This document shows positions 12,022 to 24,900 of a stretch of 64,000 bases of DNA, in pieces. Source of the stretch: Balanoglossus misakiensis. Lineage: Eukaryota; Animalia; Hemichordata. Each line of letters begins with the position of its first letter. Position 1 is the first letter of the stretch. The notes beneath the pieces were generated by a model, which worked only from the letters and a program-made list of their open reading frames with translations, was not told the DNA's origin and made no database searches. The DNA lies in assembly GCA_040954595.2 (NCBI GenBank), contig CM082582.2:13242327-13306326 (forward strand). Direction: 5' to 3'. Position numbers and translations under genes: made by a program.

Positions 12022-15021
12022 ATGACCATCATAATCAGACTTCAAGGGTTGCCCTGGGCAGCCAGTGCCTTGGATATCAGACATTACTTCAAAGGTCTAA
12101 CCATTCCAGACGGAGGGGTGCACATTGTCGGTGGTGAAAGTGGCGACGCCTTCATTGCTTTTGGAGGAGATGAAGATGCCCGTAAAGCCATGCTGATGAC
12201 CACGCCCCTTTGTGGCAAAAAAGTCACCTTGATGCTGAGCAGTAAAAACGAAATGCAAAGTGTCATCGCTGCAAGTAGAGCAGCTCAGGCCAGAAAGCGT
12301 GGAGATCCTTTTGAAGGGGCGATTGAAGCTGGGAATAGTGTTGGCCTATTACCACCACCTGTGCCAGACGAACGAGGTTTCGACAGGCCGAAGGTTCCAC
12401 CAGTGTCAGATGATAGAGGTTATGATCGACCAAAAGTAGGCATGGCTCCGGATGCAGATCATGGCTCAGCTCATTTAGGGTTTCCCTCATCCGGTGGACG
12501 TCATTCTTCTGATCCGTATAATTCTCCCGGCGCTCCATATGATGGACGACCAGAGCACGGTCCATACGGAAGACCTGATGAACCAGCATATCACCACCGA
12601 GGTCATGACCCGCCTCGTGGCTATGACCCACCCCATCTGCGCGAACCACCACCGCATTCACATGATTCACTCCTTGGGCCTGAACCTTCACGTGGCCATG
12701 ACCCACTCAGGAGACATGACCCAATCCACGGACATGAAAGATCCATGTACGGCAAGTCAATGCATGATCCCATATCACCTCCATACCCCTATGATCAACG
12801 AGACGCCAGAGGGGACCAGCCAGGCTATCCTGGGTATGATGATAGAGACATTGTTCCAGACCCTCCAATTGGACGCGGGGCTGAGTCTTCTCATATGGGA
12901 CGGATGGGAGAGGCACCAGTGAGAGACCCATTGCAGCCAAGACATGGGCCATATCATCCAGACAGATCACATGAGCCTCCTCCAAGGAGAGAATCAGACC
13001 CACAAGGGGGGTCTGGAGAACAAGCATATCGTAATGGAAGATTTGAAAGACCCTTTCCAGAAGATCCATATCTTCCAAGACGACACGATGACACTATTCC
13101 GACAGGTGGTAGAATGGAAGAAGCACATTTTAGGGGCGGTCACAGATATAATGATCTTCATGATTCTCCGGAGTCCCGTGGCAGACCATTTGATCTGGAC
13201 AGACGGCGAGGAAGTCAAGAGGGGAGGTACGGAGGAGAAGTCTCTGCGTTCGACCAGGATCGACGTGAGAGTCAATACAGAAGTTCATCCAGATATGGCG
13301 AAGACAGACCAAGAGGCCGTAGTGAGGACAGACCAAGAGGTCATAGTGAGGACAGACCAAGGGGTCATTCAAGAGAGCGTCCAGACCAAACAAGGCATTC
13401 AGAGAGACCATATTCTGATGACAGACACGGCAGGCCTCCCTATGGCAATGCTGAACAAACATTTCCACCGTCAATGCGAACAGATAATATCACAAGTGTG
13501 GTACTGAAAGGCCTGCCCTATTCTGTGGCAGAAGAAGACATAAAAAAATTCCTTGCTGGTCTGAAGATAGAGCCCTCTGGTATTCACGTCGGTACAGATA
13601 GATCAGGCAAGACAACAGGCACTGCTTTTGTGAAACTGGTCAACCGCAGTGATTTTGAGGAGGCCCTGAAACGAGATAAAAGATACATCGGTACAAGATA
13701 CATAGATGTACAACCTTGCAGTGAACGGGAATGGTTAATGATGAACGACACCATGACCAGTAAAAGAAGTGATTCTTATTTTGCCTCCAAACAAGGTCCA
13801 CCATATTCACGAGAGCCTCGTCGAGCAAGATCAAGGTCACCACCCAAAGATACTCTGTGTATATCTCTACGAGGATTACCATTCCACACAGAGAAAAGAC
13901 ACATCTTGGACTTTTTCAAAGGCATTGAACCCAAGGAAGAGGACATCTTTCTTGAAAAGAATGAAAGAGGTCAGGCTTCAGGGTGGGGATATGTTGAATT
14001 TAAAAGTCTCCAGGACTACAGAAGTGCCCTTGAAAGAAATAGAAATTATATCGGTCCACGGTACATTACTGTTATCAGTATCTCCAGAGAAGAACTGGTG
14101 TCCAGAATAAAAGAGTTTAAAAAGAAGATGGGTGAAACCATGACGCAGAAACCAGTGCATCCTGTGAAAGAGACGGCAGCTGTCATGGCAACAAAGGAAA
14201 CGGAGAATGGCTCAAAAGATACCAATCAGAAGAAAAGCGGTGAACAGAAGAAGAACGACAAAGAAACAAACGACGACCTGTGCATTCACATGCAGAATGT
14301 TCCATACGCTGCCAGCACAGCAGATATAGCGGATTTCCTGTCTGGTATTCCTGTCCCCAAACAGAACATTTGTAGAATATTCAACGAGAAGGGACAGACA
14401 ACAGGGGAGGTCTTCATCGAGTTCTACAGTCTGGACTTTGCCAAGCAAGCTGCAGCCAGGAATAATGGCAACATAAGAGAAAGAACGATATATGTAGACA
14501 GGGTGAAGAAATCGGTGATGGAAAAGAGGTTGAAGGAGAATGAAGCCAACTCGAAGCTGGCGCAGGAGAAGCGAGCTGCGGCAGTTGCTGCAGCAGCCAA
14601 TGCTTCTCAGCCTCCACTGCTTGCCACTCCTCCAATAGCTCCTCGTCTGGTGCCAGCGGATATGAGAAGACGGGAATGGCCGCCAAGACCCATGGGGATG
14701 AGAGATCAACAAAGAGAGGGTGGGTATGGTTATGATAGCAAGCATGATGAACTGCCATCAGGCGGAGACAATTTAGGAGATATGACATGTGTCATAGGAG
14801 CTACTAATCTTCCCTATAGAACAACTATTCCAGAAATCATGGAGTTCTTCCACGGATACGGGGCATTGCAAGACTCGATCCGGATTCACTTCAATGATGC
14901 AGGCCAACCTACAGGAGATGCTCTAGTAGCCTTTGATACCAAACAACATGCTCTCAGAGCTTTGCGAGAGCTCCACAACAAACTCATGGGACCAAGAAGG
15001 GTACAGCTGTATCTAGCCTAA
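12022..15021 (+). CDS. RBM12: RNA-binding protein 12 (RBM12/RBM12B co-ortholog), 999 aa, five qRRM-type domains, single coding exon
   Basis: MTIIIRLQGLPWAASALDIRHYFKGLTIPDGGVHIVGGESGDAFIAF is the RBM12 RRM1 signature. Four further RRMs follow (LKGLPYS, LRGLPFH, MQNVPYA, ATNLPYR...GQPTGDALVAF). Acceptor catttcag ends at 11988; the real ATG is at 12022 (the ORF track starts at an upstream GTG). Confidence 0.95.
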   Translation: MTIIIRLQGLPWAASALDIRHYFKGLTIPDGGVHIVGGESGDAFIAFGGDEDARKAMLMTTPLCGKKVTLMLSSKNEMQSVIAASRAAQARKRGDPFEGAIEAGNSVGLLPPPVPDERGFDRPKVPPVSDDRGYDRPKVGMAPDADHGSAHLGFPSSGGRHSSDPYNSPGAPYDGRPEHGPYGRPDEPAYHHRGHDPPRGYDPPHLREPPPHSHDSLLGPEPSRGHDPLRRHDPIHGHERSMYGKSMHDPISPPYPYDQRDARGDQPGYPGYDDRDIVPDPPIGRGAESSHMGRMGEAPVRDPLQPRHGPYHPDRSHEPPPRRESDPQGGSGEQAYRNGRFERPFPEDPYLPRRHDDTIPTGGRMEEAHFRGGHRYNDLHDSPESRGRPFDLDRRRGSQEGRYGGEVSAFDQDRRESQYRSSSRYGEDRPRGRSEDRPRGHSEDRPRGHSRERPDQTRHSERPYSDDRHGRPPYGNAEQTFPPSMRTDNITSVVLKGLPYSVAEEDIKKFLAGLKIEPSGIHVGTDRSGKTTGTAFVKLVNRSDFEEALKRDKRYIGTRYIDVQPCSEREWLMMNDTMTSKRSDSYFASKQGPPYSREPRRARSRSPPKDTLCISLRGLPFHTEKRHILDFFKGIEPKEEDIFLEKNERGQASGWGYVEFKSLQDYRSALERNRNYIGPRYITVISISREELVSRIKEFKKKMGETMTQKPVHPVKETAAVMATKETENGSKDTNQKKSGEQKKNDKETNDDLCIHMQNVPYAASTADIADFLSGIPVPKQNICRIFNEKGQTTGEVFIEFYSLDFAKQAAARNNGNIRERTIYVDRVKKSVMEKRLKENEANSKLAQEKRAAAVAAAANASQPPLLATPPIAPRLVPADMRRREWPPRPMGMRDQQREGGYGYDSKHDELPSGGDNLGDMTCVIGATNLPYRTTIPEIMEFFHGYGALQDSIRIHFNDAGQPTGDALVAFDTKQHALRALRELHNKLMGPRRVQLYLA
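13300..13372 (+). repeat. Coding 24-nt tandem repeat x3 (EDRPRG[R/H]S)
   Basis: gaagacagaccaagaggccgtagt / gaggacagaccaagaggtcatagt / gaggacagaccaaggggtcattca. Confidence 0.85.
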
Positions 15022-17248
15022 ACAGGTACTTTGACTGATAGCCAGATGAAGTCATGTTTGTCAGCAAAAGAGAGTACATGATTTTGTCTGGCTGTTTGAA
15101 TTAGAATGGAAAGAAAAAATCTCTCCAGTTCAAATCAGTTGTGAGTTGTGGTCAGGGTAGCTTTTATGCCTGCTCAGTCTATCATGCTTGGTACCTATAC
15201 CTCCTTCAGCACCATGCATATAGCTATCATCACAGGGGATTTCATACAAGGGAAGTATTTTTGCTCCTGGACTTCCAGTTTTACATTCATCAATTACTCA
15301 GACTCATGCTTGCAAAAAGCAATCATACAACGCACACGCCAACATCTCAGAATTGGTATTGGTAATAATGGTAAGAATTTCATCAGGCAATAGAGCTGGT
15401 TTTAGGATACACATACCCAGGACATGTACATGTTGATTGTAAAAGAAACCAGACTATATCCCTACCTGGCAATGTGTTCACATGGACACATATGTAAACA
15501 CACGCACACATACATACATATGCACAGACAGGTTTACAGTAGTATAGACAGAAGACACTTATTTGATTTAATCATCAAGACAGCTTCCATTCCTCAAACA
15601 CGGTCTTGCATTGCTCGTGCTGAAAATTGCCAGTCTGGTTTTATTAAAGGGGCTGTAGCAGTGACCTTTGATCATAATGTATTATGAATGTCATTTTCTA
15701 CTCTAAATTCTGGTGAAATGCAGTATTCACTTTGCCTACACAAAGTTAGTAAGTGTTATGGGCACCACTACTGTTGACAATGAATTTCATATTCTATTGT
15801 CAACACTAAAGACTGTGAGGCAGTGTTAAAAATCTACTACATGTCCTGGGTGTAAGAAGCTGCAGTTAATTAGTGGAACAAGAAGACTGATTTATTATCA
15901 AAAGTTACAGCTACTGTCCCTTTAAATTAAAATAATGTCAGGCCAGTGCTGGCTATTTATTAAAACTTCTCAAATAATGTCAACTGATTGCTACTAACAT
16001 CACTTATGGCAACCAAGTTCTCATCATAATGCTCCAATTGTGGTGTTTTTCTTCTCAATTTCTTCACAGCTCACAGATACGGTGGTTATTTCCGATGAAG
16101 GCATATCTGGAAGGAAAGAGTCTGTTGATAGAAGTGAAAACAAACTGGCCATAGGGTCACCAACCATACCAGAAAAACTCACCTGTAGAGTTAGGGGTAG
16201 CTCTGTGCGAAATTATCCTTCCTAAGGAAGGGAGCAGTTTTTAGTTCAGTTTGTAGTCAATATTTCTGTTGTCAATATTTGTGTTGTACATGTATAGTTT
16301 TTTTGTAGCATTTGCATTATCAGTAGAAAGTGTAGCATCAAAGGTAGCTTTTGTGTTACAGAGTAGAGGAAAATTTATGTAAAGAAGTACATCTCATAAT
16401 CAGTACTGTGCAGCTCTGTGCGTGATGTGTATTCACTTCAGAAAGATTATTTGATGTGCCCAACATGGAGTAATAAGTTTGTAACATTGTTGGACCACCA
16501 TGCTGATTTCTTTGTTACAAGTTCATGGTCCACATATCCTTTATTTGTTATCTTGCTACGAGTTTGCATTTCAAGTATTGTCACTCAGTAATGGTGTTGC
16601 AAATATCAAGGGTGTGAATGTTCAGTTACCCTGTTATAATATTTTTGATACATACACGAACACGAGATAATAGATAATGATTTTCATCACTTCTACCCTT
16701 GAAAGTCACTAGTCCTATGTAGACATTTTTTCAGTTCCTGTTCTGCTAAACTCTGACCAAAAAAATAAATTCTTGTGTCAGAGGAAAAGGTATGAAGTAT
16801 ACCTCGGTTTTGTGTTGTTTTATGCTCATGGATGTTGAAGTTAGAATGTTTCCATCATATCATGTGGCAACATTTTCTGTCATAGAATTCTGCACTTAAA
16901 TACATGTACATGTATGTACATACATACTTTATTTATTTCTGTTCAAACACAACACATACATTTATAGACAATGCCTGATCTGCCAGTTCATTTTCTGGCA
17001 ATAGTACTGGTGGCCACCTCCTACTTGTTCATCACAATCTTGTTTGCATTCATTATTATGAACACTTGTTTCAGACTTATGTTGTTCTGAGATATAAATC
17101 TGAATTAGACAGATATCAGTTTAATTTGAAAAGGTCTTATGGTACCAATAATTTTCGCTCAGCCAAGAATTGGCAGGCATATATAATGTAATGCAAGTTG
17201 TGTTTCATTTGTCAAGCGAGTACTTGCTCATGGTTTTTTTTGTAAGTA

Positions 17249-17254
17249 AATAAA
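17249..17254 (+). terminator. Candidate RBM12 polyadenylation signal
   Basis: AATAAA followed by GT-rich sequence. Strand-composition bias flips just downstream. Confidence 0.45.
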
Positions 17255-17395
17255 ACAAAAATAGTGTTTGTGCAGATCTCAACAGTGTGATCAATAATAT
17301 CTACACCGTGCCTTCACTGTACAGTCCCATCAACAATGCAACAGAATAAGAAACATTCAACAGATCAACAGACAAGAGGTGTTTTTTGTAAGAGT

Positions 17396-17401
17396 TTTAT
17401 T
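17396..17401 (-). terminator. Candidate CIBAR1 polyadenylation signal
   Basis: Minus-strand AATAAA followed by a U/GU-rich downstream element (cttgtctgttgatctgttg). Confidence 0.5.
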
Positions 17402-19235
17402 CAGGTGTATCGACAGACATACAGATAAAAAAAATATACTCCCATAATAATTATAATAATTTAATTGGTAAATTTACATGTTCAATATATTATTGTAGCA
17501 ATGTAAACATTTTCTAGCTGTGAGGGTCAACTATTCTGAAAGCTAAATATAATCTTTATTCTCTGTTTATATCAGAGAAAGCACTAAATATATATCATTA
17601 GTCAACTACAGTTTCTATAAAATGAAATGTGTAATCAGAGATAAAAATAAGCAAGCACCAAGCTTGTTCTTTCGAATCCTTCTACATGGAAAACATACAT
17701 AGTTCAATAATGACTATACCTTACATATATCTATATCGAGTGTGGTATGAATGATGTTCTGGAAGTTGAGTATCATAGGGATACATCTGAAGATATAGTT
17801 ATTGTACTCTAAGGGTAGTGAACAGATGTTGATTAGATCTATACTGATTTGAACAGTATGGTACATTTTTGTTTTTGCGTGGAAACAAATTAGATATCAG
17901 ATAAATACTGAAATAACAAAAACACAAAACAACAGTTGTGAGTACATAAAATCTACAAAATAACTTTACTGTATACATGTAGTACTAATATTTTAAAAAA
18001 AATGTTACCTAAACAGCGATAACAAGTCATTTGCGAATAAAATAGCGTTCATGAAAGACAGGGTGATGACTGTGGACAAGAGCACATTTGCACAGACCGA
18101 CATACACACAGAAATGCAACCAATCTAGGTTCAACACTGAAGTTTGCCAGTCATTTTTGAGGGGTAATTAGCACAGGCAATGATGATAGCAAACACATGT
18201 GCTGCATATATGAAATGGAAAGACCATGATGAAAAACCCTGTCTTGTATCCACCCCTGTGACGTCAATACCCAAATGAAATCAAGGTGATGCAAAAGCTA
18301 AACAAACTGGACGGTTTCAACCCTACCTCACATCATCTTTATAATTTACACAAATCATCATAGATACAGAAATTTGTCTTTTTACACCTCACAGGTAGCA
18401 CATTTACTAATTAAATGGAGGTCACCATAGGCTTTACAGCTTTGAAAGTAGTACATGTACATGTATATACACAGGTTCAATTCACCAAACTACAAGATAT
18501 TACCAAAAAACTCTACAAAACATTTCAAGGCACTTATGTTGAATGAAAGGCGGACATTCATATTGTTATGAAACAATGTCACTGCACAACATGAAATCTT
18601 TGCATCTGTACATAGCTTATTTTTCAATATCATACATTTTTACCAAAATATATCATTTTTATGTCCTTATATACACTTCTACCTTTTAGAGATTACGCTA
18701 GCAACAAAATTCTTAGACAGCTCCCAAAACAGGAATTGGTGTAATTTAGTATAATTAACTTTAAAATGTGCATTTATGAATTTCATTGAAGAGTTTCAGA
18801 TTTTGTGATAATTGTGCCATCAATTTTGGTTAGAAGCTGCTTCCACAAATTTCATGGAGTGTGTTAAAATAAAATTACAACTGTAACTTACAAGTGTTTT
18901 AAAATACATTTCTAAAGCCAGTGCGGTTTGGGGGGCTTTACGTTTCCATATCATTTATGTGCAATTGAGTGAGGATGTTCCATTCATTCTATGAAAACCA
19001 CAGCCTGGTCTGATCTATAGAGCTTACACCCTGAACTTTGCACAACGTTAAGCTTTTTCAGGGTCAGTACATTATGTCAATGGCCAGAAACACTCCCTTC
19101 TAAGTTCAATGTACATCATGTATATTCAATACCAGTCGAGTCTTTTCTCTACAGACCGACCAGTCTGTGGTACACTTTCTGCTTTAGGTTTGACATACTC
19201 AATTGCACAGTATGTTGTCTGACAAAATGATGTTT

Positions 19236-21915
19236 CTAAGATGCATAGTAACGGGAATCTTCGTCATATTCTTCACTCTCATCATCATCATCGTCGTCGT
19301 CATCATCATCGTCATCATCATCATGGTGGTTCATACGGTGCCTGTTGTTGTGACTTCCATTATGTCTATCCATGGAGGGCGTAGGTTTGTTGCCTGTACT
19401 GCTGCGAGATGTTGAATTTAGAGATCCCTTAGATCCAGCCCTGACTAGATCCAGTCTGCTTGTACCTGGTGTACTTGGTGGTCGTAGAGAATTACGGAAT
19501 TCCTGAAAGACACAACAAAACATGTTACTTGTACCAAGAACTGCATGTAAACCTTTCAGAGTTGTCATTTGAATCACTGCAGGAATTACTTCATGTAATA
19601 GTAAGAGATCTACATACCTCCAAGTCATCATCTTCGCTGATTGCATTCAGATGTTGAAATGCTTGTGTATACACTTCTAATGCCTTGGCATGAAATACCA
19701 TCTCCACTTGAACAAATTCTCGCAGTATGGTCTGTTGTTAAAAACAAAACAATCAATAGTGGATTACTTTCCTATTGTTAGCCAGTACCAGTAGATTTTT
19801 CTGTGGTTGCATTTACAAAGGAGACAGCATCTAAGCAACAAAATCACATGGTTAAAATATTGAAGGCATGAAATACCTTGATATCCTGCAACTTCTTCTT
19901 TTCAAAACGATCCATTTCATCTTCCAACGCTTTGGTGGATCTTGTAGCATCTACGCTAGCTTTCTGCAACTCAGACTCTGCCTACAGATATGGAACATTG
20001 TTTAAAACCTTTTAGAAAATGAAGTGGTTCCGTCAAAGGAAATACAAATTTCAGACTTTCCACAATTTCAAGTCTCGGACATTCTTTCACGGACTAATCA
20101 CTTTGTGTCAGGAATGTGTTCAACCTAAAATACCCATTGGCAGTTAATGCCTGTCTCCTGAGGTGCATCATCATTTGCATGTTGATCTTTGCAACAACCA
20201 ACCACATTACCTGTGACTGTAAATATAGTTAAGGAACATCAGTTATGAATTGTCAAAATGTTGAGGCAATATACTGTGATGACAATTGCCATTGTTGACA
20301 AAAGAATTCAAGGTTGGGCATGACAGAATTTGATGAATTTTCGGGAAAGGATACAATTTGATGCCTGTCACTGGGATTTTTGAGTCGTACTTGCTCCAAT
20401 TTCTTCTGTTGTCTTTGTTCTTTGCCATAAGCTGCAAAAGATGCTTTCAGATCATTCTGAAAAACAAGTATCAGTAACAGCCACACATTAGAACATGCTT
20501 TGCCTTGACATTTTCATAACACCAGACAACAAAATAGATGGGCATGACATCAATCGTTTAATCCTCTGTTACTAAGCAAAAGATGAACTCAGCTGGCGAT
20601 AGGATCAATGATATCCAGAGTGTTCAATGTCAATTCACTACATACCTTAGCATGCTTGCATTCTGTACCATACAATGTCAGTGGTGTAACCACCTTCCTT
20701 TCCAGTCGTTCCACCTGAAATCAAATCCCACAAAATTATCTACCATTGTTAAAAGCTGTGAGATTGTAGAGACTGTGATGTACTGGTACATGTATCCATA
20801 TGGCCTATGATATATTCCATATTTCAAAATACCCTGTGACTGCTGCAACTTGACTTCTATGTTACCTGTGCATTTCTGTAGTCTTCAACAGATGAGAGAC
20901 ATTCGGCAAATCCCGTAAGTCCAGTTTTCATGGATGGAGTCTCTGAATCGGCATACTGTAAAACTGACTTGGCAATCAGATCGCCTTTGTCTCGAAGCCG
21001 GGCTGTCTTTCTTGTGTACGCTGCGAATTCTTGGCAAATATCGGCATAATGTTTCTCTATGTTATCTATTCTGGACTGTACAAATTTGGACTGATTTTCC
21101 CTGTTTATCAAAATAGAGAAATGTGCGCAATTACCAAGCATGCCCTCTCTGGCAGTGTGACCATGACTTGAGCAGTGAATTTGTGATGGCAATCTTGGAT
21201 GTAAACCACAGTTAACTACTACTGGTACTACCTAGAGTGTTACACTGTGTATATATGAATCAAATCAAAGATTGATGAATAATTTTTATAATGATCATTA
21301 CCACTTTTCAATGGTGTGAATCTCTGTGAATATGGTGCCGAAATTACAGCTTCAAACTATGGGTGATTTTACTGATATAAAGTGTGACTACATGTGTGAC
21401 AAAAAGACAAAAACAAAGGAGTTAAAGTGATCTAGCGTCCACTACAAGTCTCTTATGATGATTAGCAGAAAAATATATGAAACAATACACAAAGAAACCA
21501 ATCCACTTTGTACAATCAAGACATACAAGATCACACAAGAAATTACAGTTTAGGCTGAAAGGCAAACTACTGCAAAAGGGACAACAAAGCAACATTCATA
21601 ATTATGTTAACATACATGGAAGAAAATAGAACTTTATAGTTTGATAGACACACACAATTATTACAATGCTGCGAGGACAACCGTTGTTTATATATTGGGT
21701 TTAACACTTTCACTAAACAATAGCGCTATTGTGTTCACATAGCGTCTCAGCTGGTCGCCTTTCATCCATATGACTAAATACTAGTACCTTTCCCTAGGCT
21801 GAATATAGTGAGGTGACGACGATGTATATCCTCTAGAAGATGCAGACGTTGTAGAAAAATTACTTCTACCACTAGCCCTTAGGCTTTGTTGGGTACCAAG
21901 ATACGTTGCTGACAT
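19236..21915 (-). CDS. CIBAR1: CBY1-interacting BAR domain protein (FAM92 family), ciliary transition zone
   Basis: Exons 21788-21915, 20866-21100, 20646-20714, 20355-20456, 20211-20216, 19877-19981, 19618-19731, 19236-19502. Motifs FAAYTRKTARLRDKGD, VERLERKVV, NPSDRHQI-SQ-AESELQKA, EMVFHAKALEVYT, FRNSL...SRLDLVRA and an acidic tail match FAM92A/B. The start codon is less certain. Confidence 0.95.
20211..20216 (-). other. 6-nt microexon TCACAG (Ser-Gln) of CIBAR1
   Basis: Lies between the U12 acceptor and a U2 donor GTAATG. It restores the FAM92 sequence HQI-SQ-AE. Confidence 0.9.
20217..20354 (-). other. U12-type GT-AG intron in CIBAR1
   Basis: 5'ss GTATCCTTT (20354-20346). Perfect branch site TTCCTTAAC (20236-20228) followed by TATATTTACAG. 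Confidence 0.95.
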
Positions 21916-21971
21916 ACTTTGGTATAAATCGCCCAAAGTATCACTACATAGTAACAATATTGAAATGTGCA

Positions 21972-21983
21972 CAAGATGGCGGC
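21972..21983. promoter_or_regulatory. YY1 consensus site near the CIBAR1 start
   Basis: CAAGATGGCGGC, an exact consensus, 57 nt upstream of the ATG in a CpG-rich region. Confidence 0.55.
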
Positions 21984-24900
21984 TGACCGTCACTTTGAGT
22001 TGCCGGGTCGTGAATAACGCTCGTAAACTATGTGATTGTATTGTTTGTCGAACTGGGAGACGCACGAAAGTCGAGGCTGTTGCAACGAATTACCAAAGTA
22101 AATGAGGAATGTATCCGAAGCGTAGATTATTTGCATGGAAACGTTAAAGTTTAACCTACCTTGCCCGGACCTCTGCCCCACGACTGGTCATCGTCGAATA
22201 TTTCAGTAGTTGGATAGTTTGAACAAGAAGTATTTCTTTTGGCGGTCACAAGTAACTATCACACACCTTTCTGAAGAATAATTTAAAACCACCAATATTT
22301 CCTGAAAAGAACTGGATAAATATATAAATTCTTCGTGAATATAAATAACAGTAGTACACAAATATATTGGACGTCTCGCTTTATCTCGTCAATAAATCTC
22401 GCGCAATTCATTTTCTACCTTGGTAGTCGCTAGATGGCGCTTCACTGAATTGATATGTACGCATATAAATTCTCAAATTTCTTTCAAAAGTTACAGTGCT
22501 CCATTTAAGGTTTACAGTGGCATAATGTATTCCATAAACGACGGTGTTATAACAGAAAGTACTGGTCGTTGGCTCCTTAGTTTGGTGTGTAACATACTAT
22601 GTCTCTGTCGCTGTCTTTCACTCTGCCCTTCCGTCCCTCATTCCATTCTCTCTCTCCCCATCTATTGTTAACTAAAGATAGCTGATTTTGTTTTGCAATA
22701 ATCAAGGACTAATATCGAAATAACGGGGTCACTCCCTACCTCATTACAGTACTATTGTCAAACCACACCACATGTGATAAACGTTATTTAAGGGTCACCA
22801 GACTTTTTAGATATCATTGGTAGGCTTTTACATATTAATTGCAAAACAAATACTAATCTTCCGTTCAATAGCCGTAGGTATTACTATCGTAAATCCCTCA
22901 AGTAGTCAAAAAGGCGATTCTTTTCGTAATTGTTATGTAAATTAAGATCGTATTGTTCGACAGGCTAAAAAGACAGGCGGTGCCAACTGACACATGCAAC
23001 GCTGGATGATCATTGTGATTTGTATCACTTTTTGGCCTGGGTTCACACTAGAAAGTTTCTGTCAGGCTCAGACCTGGCGTTGCTCTTTGGTTGTCTAAAA
23101 TGAGTATGAAAATAATCGACAGGTTACACAGTTGCTACTGGTACCGTCTAAGCACTAGGTGTGTCTGACCTTCATTTCTTGACCAAACATCGCCCTCTGT
23201 GGTCAGATTCGGCATGAATGTGTGACACTCTGACATCATCCGTATATGTGACGTCATACCACAGCTGTCGCGTTAGTTGTAGTACGTGTACAAGACCGAT
23301 TACATGAATGTGAATCAAATGTTTAAAAATATATTTATTTCCTTTTAATCGCACACGTGCTAATTAATTCATCAAACTGCACGTCTGTGATTTCACTTCT
23401 AAATCTGGGAATATATAGCAATCGTCGCTGACCAAGAACATCCAGAGAACACAGTTAGTTGTCTTCCCCTCCAGTGTAAAGGCGATATGACGAATAAAAC
23501 GATTCATCCGCGATAAATAACGTCGTAAAGCATTAACTTTTTAATAGCTTTCCAAGTAAGTTTTCCAAAAGCAAATAAGAGATAAGTTTTTTCGGTCTTT
23601 TTCCAGACCATACCTTTCTCATAATTCTACTGTTATTTCATTTAAAAATGGCTACGGGTTTCGTTCAAGATGGTGGAAATATTATGATGTCTGTTTTGTT
23701 TTCTCGCCACGCGTTTTGTAAAACCGTACGTGATTGCTGTTTCACATCTGTGCACGATTAACGGGTCACAGATTTCAAGCCGCTTAAAGTTACAACTGCC
23801 ATATTTGAATTTAGATCCGTCACTCTAATAAATTGATCGGTCCGCGCTGAAGCACTGCCAACTGTTACAGTGGAACCTTTAAGTCTCTGTGAATTTGTAA
23901 TTCACACCCTTTTGCCACGTTTTGTTCCAGTGTAATCCCCATGTCATTTAGATGTTGGGTAATAATTTCTGTGTCATCTCTTGGTGTCAAAGTATCTTAT
24001 CAATCTGTCCTTAATATATTTCCAATATCATGTCACACCTTGCGTTGTACGTCACACCATACAGTGGCAGGTCGTGGGAATCTCATATTGGCCCCACACG
24101 CATACTGATGAATCCGGACAATTATAATGCCAGTTCCGGTCTGTGTTTTTTTCTGTATAAGCTGCAATTTATTTATTACACACAATTAAATAACAATCAC
24201 AACATCACTGTCCCCAATCTGATTAAAATCAGATAGAGTTGGCTGAGTCTATGCTGTCTTGGCTGATTTATATTTACCATAGTTGCCGAAAAAGAAACTT
24301 TATTTTGTGTACCAACTACATGTTCTTGTTCTCCTCCCTGTATAGAATCCCAACACGTCCACTTTGGTGAAAAATGATCGTCTTTGTGAGTTCCCTAGTT
24401 GCATATATTGGTTTGATCGTTTACGGCGTCTGACAAATGTTTGGCGTGGCTAACTTTATATGAAGGAAGGCGACAGTGTCAGATGTGGCTTGAAATGCTT
24501 CGGCCAACAATGGCAGATAGTTTCAGGGTAACAAGTTTTGCCGTTAATGTGCTTATACATGTAGTACCACGCCCCTTGGTGTGAACGTTCTGATAAAAAG
24601 GTGCCAATATGGTGACTGAAAAGTGAAAGGCGAGTTCCGTGAATAAATTGGCACAGGAAGAATGCGGGTACTGGGAGGTGTTGTCTTTTGTTCCCAGATA
24701 ATAATGCAGTGAATACCACGGACAGAGAAATTTAAATGTGAAACGTTCTGCCGTTCAGCGACTTGACATTCTGAGTAAAGTCTTGATGTGTCCTGTCTCG
24801 TTACTTCCAGCATTTTGTCGGGGAGCAATTGAAACGCTGAAAGTCCCGTTGATTGGAAAACAAAGCGCTATTAGCTTTCTACAATGGAGATCATTTTGCT

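Noticed and set aside
12084-14788. Several antisense or alternate-frame ORFs over RBM12
   Set aside because: They are shadow ORFs of a GC-richer coding exon with no recognisable domains.
16534-16542. ATATCCTTT resembling an AT-AC U12 donor (similar minus-strand hits near 39570 and 62910)
   Set aside because: No upstream coding exon and no matching branch site were found; these are likely chance matches.
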